DNA from: the human T2T-CHM13v2.0 reference genome, Homo sapiens | Length of the DNA: 64,000 nucleotides | Direction: 5' to 3' (one strand) | NCBI RefSeq assembly: GCF_009914755.1 | Contig: NC_060925.1 | Part shown: piece by piece, positions 16,099 to 31,560 of the stretch | How the letters are laid out: each line of letters starts with the position of its first letter | Position numbering within the stretch: position 1 is the first letter of the stretch | Notes under the pieces: model-generated | The model's input: only the letters and a program-made list of their open reading frames with translations | The model's database searches: none | Told to the model about the DNA's origin: nothing | Translations under genes and position numbers: made by a program

Positions 16099-16778
16099 AA
16101 GAATGTGACCTCTTATCAGATCCCATATATGAACCTGAAACTTCTCCTCCCCTCTGGAATGTGGTAACACGCCTCCTCAGATCCCATATGTGAGTTACTG
16201 ACTTCAACTACTGGACTTCAAACATATATAAACCTAAGAGCTTGACAACACTTTGAGAGCTTAGGCTGTGTCAAGTTTCACTCTGTCAGCCACTTCTCAG
16301 AAGACTGAATGCTCAGACTGTGACATGGATTGGAGCTTTGAAGCCTTGCTTTGTAACACCAGCACTGCCCTCTAACTTCAAGGGACCTTACAGGTGGTTG
16401 CAGATCTCAGCTGTGCTCACACAAAAGCACACTTTAATGTTTAATTAAACTTTACTTTCCACAGAGCCCTGCTTCCATCCTAATTGAGCAACCAGACTTT
16501 AATAATTTTGGAGCTCACTCACTATGTGGTTAATGTAATTCATCTATCAAGTGTATTCTGTATGAAACTTGTTCACATTATTCTCTCCCTCTTAAGCATT
16601 GTGAACCTAAGAAAAAAATTATCTTTGTATGGCAATAAAACAAGTGAGTCATTAAATTATTATTTGACCATCTCCTTATTTTAACCATACAGAATAGGTA
16701 AGTATTTACAAATTAAAATCATCTTATTTTCCTTTTATTTCTCCTTTATATTAGAATTAAGACACTATAATTTTTTAA

Positions 16779-17098
<320 letters not shown>

Positions 17099-17124
17099 GA
17101 TATCTATTAATTTTATGTCAGAAC

Positions 17125-17303
17125 AGCGTCAGTGGTTCCAACAAAACTTCATTTATGAACACTAGAATCTGAATTTTCACATGTCACAAAGTATTATCCT
17201 TTGTATTTTTTTTCAACCTTTGCAAATGTAAAAAATATTCTTAGTTGTTACAAAGTCAAGCAATGAGTTGAAATTTGACTCGCAGGTATTAGTTTGCTGA
17301 CCT
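17125..17303. mobile_element. MER58-like hAT DNA transposon fragment
   Basis: Ends in tagtttgctgacc, the MER58-type terminus. Confidence 0.55.
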
Positions 17304-18434
17304 TAAACTGTTTTTTTAATAGCAACCTGCTAGATAATTGCTGACCTTATTCTGAATTAATGGACAGACTTTATTCCATAGGCACTAAATTGAAGCCACA
17401 TTTTAAAGTCTATGCATATTTTTATTCTATTATTTTTATTAGGTGGCTCATTTTGTTTGAATTCCATAAAACCTCAAGATCTTGCTTTAAAACAACTACT
17501 TTAAAAAAATTTACTTTCTTATTCCCTCTGGCTATCATTGAATAGCTAAAACAAATAAATACACTACCTGATAGACTATATTCTGAAAAACTTTTGTGAA
17601 TATCAAGTGTTTATTTTGTGATAAAATGTCTTTCTCCTTAAAGCACTTAAAGATGCCCTTTAAAATCAATATACTTAATATCAACTTTTGTTCATTCAGA
17701 ACAACATCTAGTAGAGAAAATAACAATAGCTGAAAAAGAAAATATATTTTTGTCCCCAAAGTTACTACGACATTTTGTCCTCTTTAAAATGTTTTTAGTA
17801 AACACTTTGAAATGTGTGTTTAGTAAAAGTACAACAGAGACTCAACAGAGAATCATATGAAGCTAAAATTTCAATTCTTAACTTTTGAAACTGCAAAATA
17901 AAATACATCTAATTTCTCAGTTCTGTGTTCTCTGGTAGTATTTACAAAGCAACCAATAGGATCACAATATTAAATCAGTAATGTCACTGCTGTGATGTTT
18001 CATCAGGAAACCTTAAAACTATGATATAAAGAAACCATTTAATCCTACCAAGGACTAACGTGGAGCAAAAATTTACAGTTTAGAAGAATATTTCATCATG
18101 TATATTTAAAAATGTGTCCCCAAAATATCAGTTAACACAGCAGACTTAAAAAATCAGAAACCCATTTTGTGTTTCTTATAAAAATAAGTAGTAAAAAACA
18201 CTGAAGAAAAATATTTTAAAAAATGTGAGTTTTACCAGATAAATCCCTTCAAACCATTGCAGCAAGAAAAAAAAGAAGAGCTCCTGTTCTAAAATGTACA
18301 TGGAAATGTAAGGGACTTATACTAGCCAGTATAACTTTTGAAAAGAGTAACAAAGACGGAGAACTTATATTACCTAATTTCAAGCCTTGTTATAAAACTA
18401 CAGTAATCATGACAGTATGGTACTGGCCTAAGAG

Positions 18435-18588
18435 GAGACATACAGATCAATACAACAGAACAGACAGTTAAGTAGACTCACATATATACAGTCAATTCAT
18501 TTTAAACAAAGAGACATACAGATCAATACAACAGAACAGACAATTAAGTAGACTCACATATATACAGTCAATTCATTTTAAACAAAGA
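18435..18588 (+). repeat. 76-bp tandem duplication
   Basis: 18435-18510 and 18511-18586 differ at a single base. Confidence 0.95.
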
Positions 18589-18847
18589 TGCCAACAGGAA
18601 AAGGTTATCTTTTGATCAAATGATGCTAGGAACAAGTGGGTATCTCTATACTGGCAGGAAAAAACTGAACCTCGGCTAGGCATGGTGGCTCACGCCTGTA
18701 ATCCCAGCACTTGGGAGGCCGAGGCGGGCAGATCACCTGAGGTCAGGAGTTCGAGATCAGCCTGACCAACATGGAAACACCTTATCTCTACTAAAAATAC
18801 AAAATTCACTAGGCATGGTGGCGTGCGCCTGTAATCCCAGCTACTCA

Positions 18848-18952
<105 letters not shown>

Positions 18953-20383
18953 TCAAAATAAAAAAAAGAAAAAGAAAAAGAAAAAATGAAACTAAACCAT
19001 TACCTCACAATCTAAATAAAAAATAACTTGAAATAGATTATAAGCCTGTAAGTAAAAGCTAAAGTTATTACAATGATAGAAGAAAATATAGAAGAAAAAT
19101 CTTCGGGGCAGAAACATTTCTACAGGATAGAAAAATTTTAAAAATGGATGAACTGGAATTCATCAAAATTAAGTATCACTCATGTTCCTTGAAAGACACT
19201 ATTAAGAAAATACAAAGATGAGCCACAGGCAAGGAAGAAAATTCTGATAACACATGTATCTGACAAAGAACTTATATCCATAATATAAAAGGAATTCTCA
19301 TCACTAAACAAGAGAAAGACCTGATTATTATTATTATTGTTTTTGGAGACGGCATCTCACTCTATCGCCCAGGCTGGAGTGCAGTGGTGCAATCTGGGCT
19401 CACTGCAATCTCTGCCTTTCCAGGTTCACGTCATTCTCCTGCCTCAGCCTCCCGAGTAGCTGGGACTACAGGCGCCCGCCAGCACGCCTAGATAATTTTT
19501 TTTGTGTTTTTAGTAGAGATGGGGTTTCACCATGTTAGCCAGGATGGTCTCGATCTCCTGACCTTGTGATCTGCCCGCCTCAGTCTCCCAATGTGCTGGG
19601 ATTACAGGCATGAGCCACTGAGCCCGGCCAAGAAAGACCTGAATTTTTAAATACTGGCCAAAAGATTTGAATAGACAATTCACAAAAGATATACAAATAG
19701 TTAATAAGTGCATTAAACACCACTAGTGATAAGGGAAAAGCATAGAAAAACAATGAGAAAATGCCATTACATACCCATTAATAAAATGCCTGATATTTAA
19801 AAAAAATAACAATGCTAAGAATTGCTGAGGATTTAGAACTGGAATTTTTTAAACTGCTGATTAAAGTGGTAAAACAATCCAACCACTTTAAAAATCATTT
19901 TGGCAGCTTCTTAAAATGTTAAACACATCCTAACCATACAGCACAGCAATTCCAATTTCAGGTATTCACCCAAAGAAATAAATATAAACATTAATATCCA
20001 AAATGACTTGTATATGAATACTCATTACTTTATTCATAATAGTAACAAACTAAAACCCAGACAAGTTTATTCAAATAAATAAACTGTACAATTATTCAAA
20101 TGAATAAATAAACTGTAGAATATTTAGACAATAAAATACTACTCAATAAGTAAATAAATTACTAATATGGGCAGCAACATCAATGAATCTCAAAAACAAG
20201 CTGGGCGAAATAAGCTAGACACAAAAGAACATATACTGTATGGTTCCACTTATAAGAAATTTTTAAATGGTTGAATTATTGTATAGTGACAGAAAGCAGA
20301 TAAATAGTTGCCTGTGGCAGGAGTTTGAAGGAGGGGTGGAATTAACTGCAAGTGGTGGAAGAGAAAATTTTTGAAAATGTTTT

Positions 20384-20691
<308 letters not shown>

Positions 20692-21984
20692 CGAAAATGT
20701 TTTATGTTTTGACTGTCATTAACACAACTATCAAAATTCAAACTTTATGCTTTATTGTATATAAATTATACTTCAGTAAAGGTGATTTTAAAAACTATCC
20801 AACTTGTGATTTTATATTTCTTAAATTATGTAAAACATCCTGCAAATTAATCTCTCTCAAGCACAGATCAAAGCATCAAGTTTTATAACTCCACAAGTTA
20901 TCCACAAAATCACCTATTGATGTGGATGGGGAGAAGAGAAGAAGAGGAGAGAATGTGAACACAACCAAACATCATTAGTGGTAGAAAAACAGCCCTGTTT
21001 CAATGTTAGTATGATATAGCTAAGTTGCCTAAACATAGGTTAGCTTTTGTCTTATTTCAGGGCATTTTTGGGGGGCTCTGTTTGATAAATAATTGTAAAA
21101 ATACACAAATAGGAAACTTTCTGCTATACATACCAGAACTTGTTATTATGTAAATAAAACCTGTAGCTCTCGTTAAACCAATGATGGATTGTCTACTATA
21201 TGACAGGCCAAGTGACAGGTTATTACTGTTAAGTAAGTAATGATAAAACATAAAATAGCCACTCATCACAAATAGATCAGAAAATCCGACAAAAGCCACT
21301 TTCTTTCACAGACACACTTTGATGTCTGAAAATATGACAGAAGTTTAATCAAGTGTAGCAGTACATCCTTAGAGCCTAAACAAATCTTTTTTAACCAATT
21401 AAAAGTATAAAAACCATCTGTACCTGACGGATCTTTCAAAACTAGGTAATGGGTCAAATTTGGCCCATGGTCCATAGTTTGCTGATTTTAAAAAAGCTCT
21501 TACTTTTCTCAATCAAAATGACCTTCCTTGCATAAAAACAAACCCAATGTAAAGTTTGAAAACTTACAATTCCAAAAAACTGAAAAATTGCCAAAAAATT
21601 TGTCATATTTCATTTACATAAATAAGGATATATATTTTTAATATTATTTTTAAAGGCTAATGGACACACTAGCATTTCCAGGACATATGTATATACTGCT
21701 CTAAGACAATATATGCTCAAAAATATTAGTTCAGTAAATTCTGGAACCAACTTTTGAATCCCTGAGTATAATTTGTCAAATGTAATACATTCTTTACTAC
21801 CTTCATATGAATACACTGAACACAGTAATGTGAATAGCCCTATCAACATTAGTTACCACACTCTAATACACCTCAATGATCTCAGGGTGTATTAAAATAT
21901 CTAAAACCATTTGACCTCATATGAAATTAATATAAGCAGCTTTACTTTTTGAGCTCCATCCGCAGTGTTACGGTTTCTTTCCCC

Positions 21985-22254
21985 GTTTTCTTTCTTTTTT
22001 TTTGAGATGGTGTCTTGCTCTGTCGCCCAGGCTGGGGTTCACTGGTGTGATCATGGCTCACTGCAGCCTCGACCTCCCAGACTCAATCGATGCCCCTGCC
22101 TCAGCCTCCTGGGCCCAGCCAATTTTTGCATTTTTTGTAGAGATGGAGTTTCACCATGTTGCCCAGACTGGTCTCGAGCTCCTGGGCTCAAGCAATCTGC
22201 CTGCCTCAGCCTCCTAAAGCTTAGGATTTTAAGCGTGAGCCACCATGCCTGGCC
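21985..22254 (-). mobile_element. AluJ with an internal deletion
   Basis: Reverse-complement Alu with J diagnostics (catggctcactgcagcctcgac). Confidence 0.85.
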
Positions 22255-22841
22255 TCCTTCCCTTTTTCAAGCTTGTAGTAGCTACCACTTCTTGCTGTTG
22301 CCGTTTAACCTACCTATTGCAATTACTCTCCCCTTTATAATTTAGAGAGACACAAACCATATAACTAAGATTATAGAAGTTGTACGTAAGTCAATAGCCC
22401 TGAAATAACCCAATAAACTAATATGAGTTTTAGTCATTAATTTAATGGCATTCATTTTATTCCAGTGCCTTTTTATTTTATGTAAGCCTTACTTACTGTG
22501 TTTCAGTCAGATGAGACTGCCAGAGGTTAAAATCTGTTTAGGTCAAGTGTTAGTATGTTATGGAACTCTTTACTGTGAACAGTAGATAGAGAAATTAACT
22601 CAGACAAAGGGGAAAAAAACTGAAATAGTATATGCAGACAAATGCTCTTACAGTAATGTCCTATCTTACTAAGAAGTTTTAAATGTCTAAAAATGTCTGA
22701 TGGAAGCAATATATGGGGAAGTTATCATACCTAGGACAAACGGTGAATTGAAGCTCTCTTTGTCAAATATTTATGTTATAAAACACTTGTCACCAGATTA
22801 AGTTTTACATATAATGACATCAGTTATTTGTAAGTTGCAGT

Positions 22842-23748
<907 letters not shown>

Positions 23749-24549
23749 TAGTAAAGTGAACTCCTACTAAACTCCTTCCAGTGATAAAATGGGCAAAGAC
23801 TTTGCCCATTTTATCCTAATTGTAAAAAGCGTAAAAAAGAATAAATGAGGAGATCAAATTTTTTAAAGTTCAAAACTTCCCTCTCAATCCTACAAAATGT
23901 TTGTGTTACTTACTGGCAGCCCAGTGGCTGCTGACTTTTACGTCAAGGTGAGATGGTTCTCCAGCAGAGTAAGAGTATGTTTCCTTTTAAAGACCAGCTC
24001 TGCAGGTCAATCACCAAGATGAAATATCAGTTATTTTAAACATTAATGAATTCAATCTCAAATTTCACTATGAAATTCCTTCACCAAAAAATGATAACTA
24101 GAACAGCTTTTTTTGAGAAAAACAAAGATATTTCCTTTGTTCTGGTCTCTAAACTAGAGTTTCTCTATTAATGTTCAGCACTAAGACAAGTAAGTTACAT
24201 GTGATTGATCCCCTCCGCCCTTGGAACAGTTGGTTACCAGCTGTTTTCCAGACCTAGCCCCTATCCAACTTTCCCAGGGACAGATGGAATAAGTATCCTG
24301 GTACACATGCAACCCACTCATATGACAACTTATTGGGCAAGAAGCTCTAGAAACTAAATGGTTTTTAACTCTATTTTCATTGATTCACAAAGTATAAATA
24401 TAAGAAATTATAAAAAGTATGATATTATAATGGTAGATATATGCCATATATTAGTCCAAACCCATAGAATATACAATACTAAGAGTGACCCCCTCATGTA
24501 GACTTTGGGTGATAATAATGTGTCAATGTAGGTACAAATTGTAACAAAC

Positions 24550-25351
24550 TGATATGGGAGAGGGGCAGTGAAGTGCTGGGAGGAGAAGGTCTGGGTCCCT
24601 GGTGAGGACTCCAACCCCAGGCCTGTGCCCACGGACTAAGGTGAGGACAAGCATTTCTGTTTTTGTGCTCAAATGTTGCATTTTCCAAGACCACTCTGGC
24701 CCACCGCGCCCCCATCCTGCACCTATAAAAACTCCGACACCCTAGTGGGCAGAGACACAGCAACTGGATGTGCAGAGGAACACATCGGTACAAGAGCACA
24801 CTGACAGGCACCAGCAGACACCGGCAGGCCATCAACCAGCAGGAGGATGCAGAATTTGGCTGGGACGGTTGGAAGAGAGCCTGGCCACTGAGCGGCCCGA
24901 CTCCAGGGGAAACCCACTTTCCCACTCTATCCTCCTTCTGGCCTCTCCATCAACCTCCCTAACAGCTACCACCACTCAATACAAAAGCTTGCACTCATTC
25001 TCCAAGCCCATGTGAGATCCAATTTTTCTGGTACACCAAGACAAGAACCCCAGGATACAGAAAGCTCTCTGACCTTGTGATAAGGCAGAGGGTCTGAGTT
25101 GACTAACACAAGCCACCTACAGATGGCAAAACCAAAACAGCATTCTATAACACATGCCCACTGGGGCTTCAGGAGCTGTAAACGTTTACCCCCAGACACT
25201 GCTGTGGGGTCAGAGCCCACGCTCCCACGATCTGCCTGTCTGTCCCCTCCCCATAGGGTCACAACTCCTCTGAGCAGCAGGGCACCAAAGAAACAAGCCA
25301 CACCCCCATCGCACACCCTGCAAGGGGGACAAGGGAACTTTTCCCATTTCA
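24550..25351 (+). mobile_element. LTR1-family solo LTR (ERV1) inserted in an L1M 3' end
   Basis: TG...CA termini (tgatatgggag...ttcccatttca), TATA-like cctataaaaa, 4-bp TSD aaac/aaat. The host L1 text gtaacaaa|tgtaccactctgg rejoins across it. Confidence 0.8.
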
Positions 25352-25629
25352 AAATGTACCACTCTGGTGGGGAATGTTGGTAATGGGTGATGCTATGCAT
25401 GTGCGGGTACAGGAGGTATATGGGAAATCTCTGTACTGTGAACCTAAAACTGCTCCATAAAATAAAGTCTATCAAAAAGTAATTATGATCTTTCCCTAAA
25501 GAATTAAAAATATAAATATTTCTTATTAGAAATGTCTTCCTTCCTTCCCCTTCCTTCTTCCTTCTCTCCCTGCCTGCTTTCTTCCTTTCTTCCCTCCCTC
25601 CTTTCTTTTTAAAGCTCTTAACCTAAGAC

Positions 25630-25795
25630 AATGGTTCTCAAAGTGTGGTTGCAGACCAGCAGCATCACTATAAACCTGGAAATTGCTAGAAATGCAAATT
25701 CTTACACATAGCACAGACTACAGGATTAGAAACTCTGAGAGTGGAGCCCATCAATCTGTGTTTCAACAAGATCTCCAGATGATTATGAGGCACTG
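25630..25795. mobile_element. MER5A hAT DNA transposon
   Basis: caatggttctcaaagtgtgg...accagcagcatca...tagaaatgcaaattct...tcaatctgtgtttcaacaag. Confidence 0.8.
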
Positions 25796-26260
25796 TCCTA
25801 AAAACAGGTTAGTAAGTCTGAAAGGGTAAGAACGACTAACATTTACGTAGTATTTACAACATGCCATATAAAACACAGAAAAATTTCAAAGGTCTCATTT
25901 CATCTTATTTAAATATGATTAATTGAGCCTATTTCCAGTTAAGCTAGATAACTAAGAGATAAAAGCACATTTTTTTCCAAACCACATGAAACCTTGAATG
26001 AATGAACTTTATTCATTCAAACCAATCCTTCTAACTCCTGTTTTAAATTACTAGTTGCACTCTAAAGATTTACAAAGGACTTCTCTAGAAGTAGTCTATA
26101 TAATTGAATATATGTGAATAATTACATTCTCTTATTTTTCTTCCACGTTTTATCCAGAGGAAATGCAAAATGCCTTCCCTTTAAACTTGCTAAGTACAAC
26201 AACAGCCCAGCCTTTAACAAGTACTACCTCCACCACAAACTTCTGCAAGGAATTACAAAA

Positions 26261-26549
26261 CTGTAATCCCCATACTTTGGGAGGCCAAGGCAGGTGGATC
26301 AATGGGGGCTGGAAGTTTGAGACTGGCCTCGGCAACATGGTGAGATCCTGTCTCCACAAAAAAATACAAAAATTAGCCAGGCGTGGTGGCACGTGCTTGT
26401 AGTCCTAGCCACAGGGGCTGAGGTGGGAGGATCACTTGAGCCTAGGAGGTCAAGGCTGTAGTAAATCAGGATTGCACGACTGCACTCCAGCCTGAGCAAC
26501 AGGGTGAGACCTCATCTCAAGAGAAAAAAAAAAGAAAAGAAGAAAAGAA
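26261..26549 (+). mobile_element. AluJ, 5' truncated
   Basis: Diverged Alu dimer with A-rich tail. Confidence 0.85.
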
Positions 26550-27668
26550 ATTATATGTAATACAGTAATACGTGGTTTTGGACATAATGAAGCAATAAAA
26601 GTAAATATGTTAGTGCAGCATCCTATCTTTAAAATCAAGCACAGAAAGAATAATCTTAGGAATTCATTAAAGAAAACTTTAAAGCAGCATTTCAAATGTG
26701 TCCAGGAAACTAGAAGCCATCACCTCAAGAGAACTCTCTCTTTAGTCTACTCCCACAGTATTTTATTGACTTGCCACAAGCATTTACTATTTATTTTCTA
26801 CCTTGAATTTAAGTTATTTATCCTCCAATCGAGTATTCCTCAGGTATATCAGGTAAACAGGAATACCCACTAGGTATCAAGTAAACTATCCAGTGCTAGA
26901 AGTACAAAGATGAAGAAGTATTCTTGCCAAAGATGTGAACACTTCTCCCTGACCACCATCCCCAGAGGGTTCTCCCTCACTTACTTACTGCATAAGCTCT
27001 TTAAGGACCCTTTGACACCTTGCCAGCAAATCTAAAAAAGTACCTGCCTCTGCATCCACTCTCTTCTTGTTTCCTTATATTACCCAGAAGGCAGCAGCCT
27101 CCCTTCTAATTAAGGCAAAAAGTCTTACTTTGCTTCAGATCCAATCCCATCTGTAAGATCTCATGATCTAATCCAACAGATTATCTCCTTTCCCCTTTGG
27201 ATTGCATGGCAATACACTCTCTCATCCTCCTTTCCAATTTTCTCAGTGTGCTTTACTAGTTCCTCTGTAGCTACCAAGTCTTCAAATGTTAGTCAGTGTT
27301 CTATATATCTACAACTATGGTGTCAATTACTAGCTGCAAAAGTTTCCAAATTCACAGCCCTCACCTCATCTCTGTATAACCAGAAAATTTATGTCAAATG
27401 TTAGATATCCCCCACGAACCCTGTTGCTACTTGAACAAGCTCCTCCTCCAGTATCCCCATCTCTGTAAATGATACCCATATTTTCCCTGCCCAGCTGCTC
27501 CAACCAAAACCTTAGAAGTTATTTCCCTCTGCTTCAAGGTCAACATCAAATCAATCACGAAGTTCTGGCTACCCTAGTTCTTATACATTCTTAAATACTT
27601 CTTCTGCCTTGCCCCACAGACCTCCCAGAACCTACATACTGTATCTCCCTATTGCCACTTGTGCTGCC

Positions 27669-28285
<617 letters not shown>

Positions 28286-28371
28286 CACTCCTGCTTCTGT
28301 CCAATTCTTCTCCATACTGTACACTGTAAATACTTTCAAAGCACTTAAAACACTTTATTCTAGATATTGAC

Positions 28372-28774
28372 TGACAGAGTTTGGATATTTGTACCTGCCC
28401 AAATCTCATATTGAACTTGTAATCCATAATGCTGGAGGTAGGGCCTGATGGGAGGTGACTGAATCATGGAGATGAATCCCTCATGGCTTGGTGCTATCTT
28501 CATGATAGTGAATTCTCGCAAGATCTGGTCATTTTAAAAATGTGTGGTACCTCCCCCCTCACTCTCTCTCACTTGCCCCTCCTTTAGCTATGTGACTTGC
28601 CTGCTCCCACTTCACCTTCCACCATGATGATGAGGCCTCCCTAGAAACTGAGCAGATGCCAGCACCATGTTTCCTGCAAAGCCTGCAGAACCGTAAACCA
28701 ATTAAACCTCTTCTCTTTATAAATTACCCAGTCTCGGGTATTTCTTTATAGCAAGGCGAGAACAGCCTAGTATA
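28372..28774 (+). mobile_element. MSTA-like MaLR solo LTR
   Basis: tgacagagtttggatatttgt...ccaaatctcatattga...ccaattaaacctctt..ctttataaattacccagtctcgggtatttctttatagca. Confidence 0.85.
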
Positions 28775-31060
28775 CTCGCTTAACCGTCTGTGTCCTCACT
28801 ACCATGTACATCACTCTTACACTCTCAGCACTTAAACTGTTTGACATGAATAGGTATGATTTTGAAAAAAATTAAGCATAAAAATATTCTAGACAAATAT
28901 ACGTGAATATATAACTGATCTTAGGATCACAGAAAGATTTTCTAAATAAAATGGCTAGAATTTGGTTTTAAAAAGTCTTAAGAATGTATGGCAACTGCCT
29001 CCTGAGGAAGGTTATTCTACCTCAGCACACTGCTGACTACAAAGATCTTCCTTATATTAACCTTAAAATGTGGCTTCTAGACGTAAGTTCTACTTTTATT
29101 TCTTGGATACCAAACACTGGTTTGTGACAAACCTTCACAAGTCTACTAAAATTTTAAATGCTAACCTAATTAATGCTTGTTTTGTGGATATGTGTAAAAT
29201 TATTTCAGCTTATGGCTTCACTCTGTACTACTGACAAGCCTCTAACAAAGGCAAGGGAAAATAAACAGGAAAACCAAGTCGAGATTAGAAGAAGAAAATT
29301 TTAGGGTAGAAGTTATGAGGGTGGGAATACATGTAGTGACTTTCAAAGTTTAAGCTTAGATTGTTTGTGTTTCCTTTTTAACCTTTATTTTGAATCATGT
29401 ATGTTTTGAATTACCATAGAAGTAGAAAACTCACCAACACTTGCTGACAATCTTGCATTCCTTTTTAAGTTGTTAACATGAATTTATATTTCTGTCACAT
29501 GTCATTGGTAATTCACAAACTTCTTTTATAGCCTAAGGATTATTTCTTCAAAGGAATATTTTTCAACAAGCAAATATGTGGACATATATGGACAAATGCT
29601 AGAGTCCTACTTACTCTGGATCCTCTCCCAGCAGGTAAAACAAATTTTCATTCATTCATGCATTCATTTAACAAATATTTACAGACATAGGAATATGCAA
29701 GAAATAAGACAGGTAAGGCCCCTGCCTAGATGAATCTCTCAGCCTAAAACACAGCTTTAAAAATAACTGCTTTAAAAGACTGATCCCAGGCAAAATTTGG
29801 GAAGGAAATCCCTCCCTCTGCACTCCCATTCATCTCATTTCTCAACCAACCCCAGATGGTCAATAACGCTTAAGACAATAATGGAAATACCTTCTGACAA
29901 AAAGGGAAAGTACATTGGCAGTCTTAAAAATCATATCCATTCCTTAGAAAACAAGTCAATAATTATCTAGAGATGTCTTTTTAAGTATAAATTTAAAGCT
30001 CACAAGCACTCTACAATAAGGAACATATTAAAAGTTACCCTCAATCTGGATCCACATTTGCTGCAATTATAAATTGAAACTTAGCAAAAATGATCCTTGT
30101 AACTATCATAGAAACATAAAGTTTAATTTGAATAGTTTCAAACTATGGTAAAGTGACATCTAAGGTGCAGAATTATACGTCAAAAATTAGTATAAAAAAT
30201 ATTCATTATTTTGACCTCCTTATAGGAATAGGGATACACAGTGTCAGAACCTCAAAAGAATTAATTCCTCTTTTTCTTCTGGGTGTCTCAAAGGAAAAGT
30301 GTTTTCTGAAACTTTACAAAGTTTCAATAAATCCTTAAGTGAATAGAAGAGCACTAGAATTCAGGTACGCCTGTATCCAAATCTCAGTTCTGTCTATTAT
30401 TGGCATTAGGTTTATCTTGGACAAGTTACAAAATTTCTATCTCAGTTTTTTTCATCTGTAAAATGAGATTAATAGCAATATCTTGCTACCCAGGGTTGAT
30501 ACAAGGATTAAATGAATTAGGGAATTGATGTAAAATATTTATGATGTTGTCTAAAAATGAGTAGGTAACACACTCCACATTATCAGTACAGAGACTATTC
30601 TAGCATCAATGAATGCCACCATAGATAACTATTTTCTTCTTAGGAATTTACTAATGCTTGATACAACTCCATTCCAACAGTTTGAACAAACATAAGTAAA
30701 AATATTGAAAAACTCTCTAGAGGTAGAATGTTTAACAATTTTTACCATAACAATCTAGTTGTACAAAATTCAAACTCGGAATTCAAAAGACAACCATCAC
30801 TACTAAGTATATTAAGTTTAAACTATACAGTTTCAAACTATTTCTCTCTGGTGGACACTGAACACCTAATAGAATAAAAAATGCAAAATATGCTATTATT
30901 GCTGTGTGTAAAAAGAATGCAATTAACTGTCTTCTTTCCTGTTCCTTGCCATTGCTAACCTAGGACCATCTTCTACTTATGAGAGTGAACTTCACTGTAT
31001 GTCACCAATTCCGTACCTTGTCTATTGTTTAATAGTCGAGATACTGTCAAAGTAAACAAA

Positions 31061-31079
31061 TGCTGCCACCTTGTGGACT
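31061..31079 (-). promoter_or_regulatory. Candidate CTCF binding site with an adjacent forkhead motif
   Basis: Minus strand reads AGTCCACAAGGTGGCAGCA, close to the CTCF core. AAGTAAACAAA abuts it at 31050-31060. Motif match only. Confidence 0.55.
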
Positions 31080-31278
31080 GAAGGGTATGGTCTTAACTCC
31101 AAATAAGCAAAGGAAGAAAAATACGTTTCTGGTTCGGCCTTTTCTCTCAGATTATCACTGCAGTAAGTGACCAACATTATGTCATGCAATTTTACAGTAA
31201 GAATAATTATCTCTTCTACAAAGTAACAAAATAATGCACCAAATTCAACATTATCTGCCTTCTCAAATACTTGTTTAG

Positions 31279-31560
<282 letters not shown>

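Noticed and set aside
14462-16170. Dense cluster of overlapping ORFs up to 143 aa
   Set aside because: All lie in the GC-rich SVA, where stop codons are rare; no protein-family signature.
17997-18005. TGATGAAAC (ATF4/CEBP amino-acid response element) on the minus strand
   Set aside because: A single 9-mer is expected by chance in 64 kb of AT-rich DNA; no supporting context.
24408-25475. ORFs of 143 and 169 aa on the minus strand
   Set aside because: Antisense frames of the LTR1 solo LTR and flanking L1; no recognisable domain.
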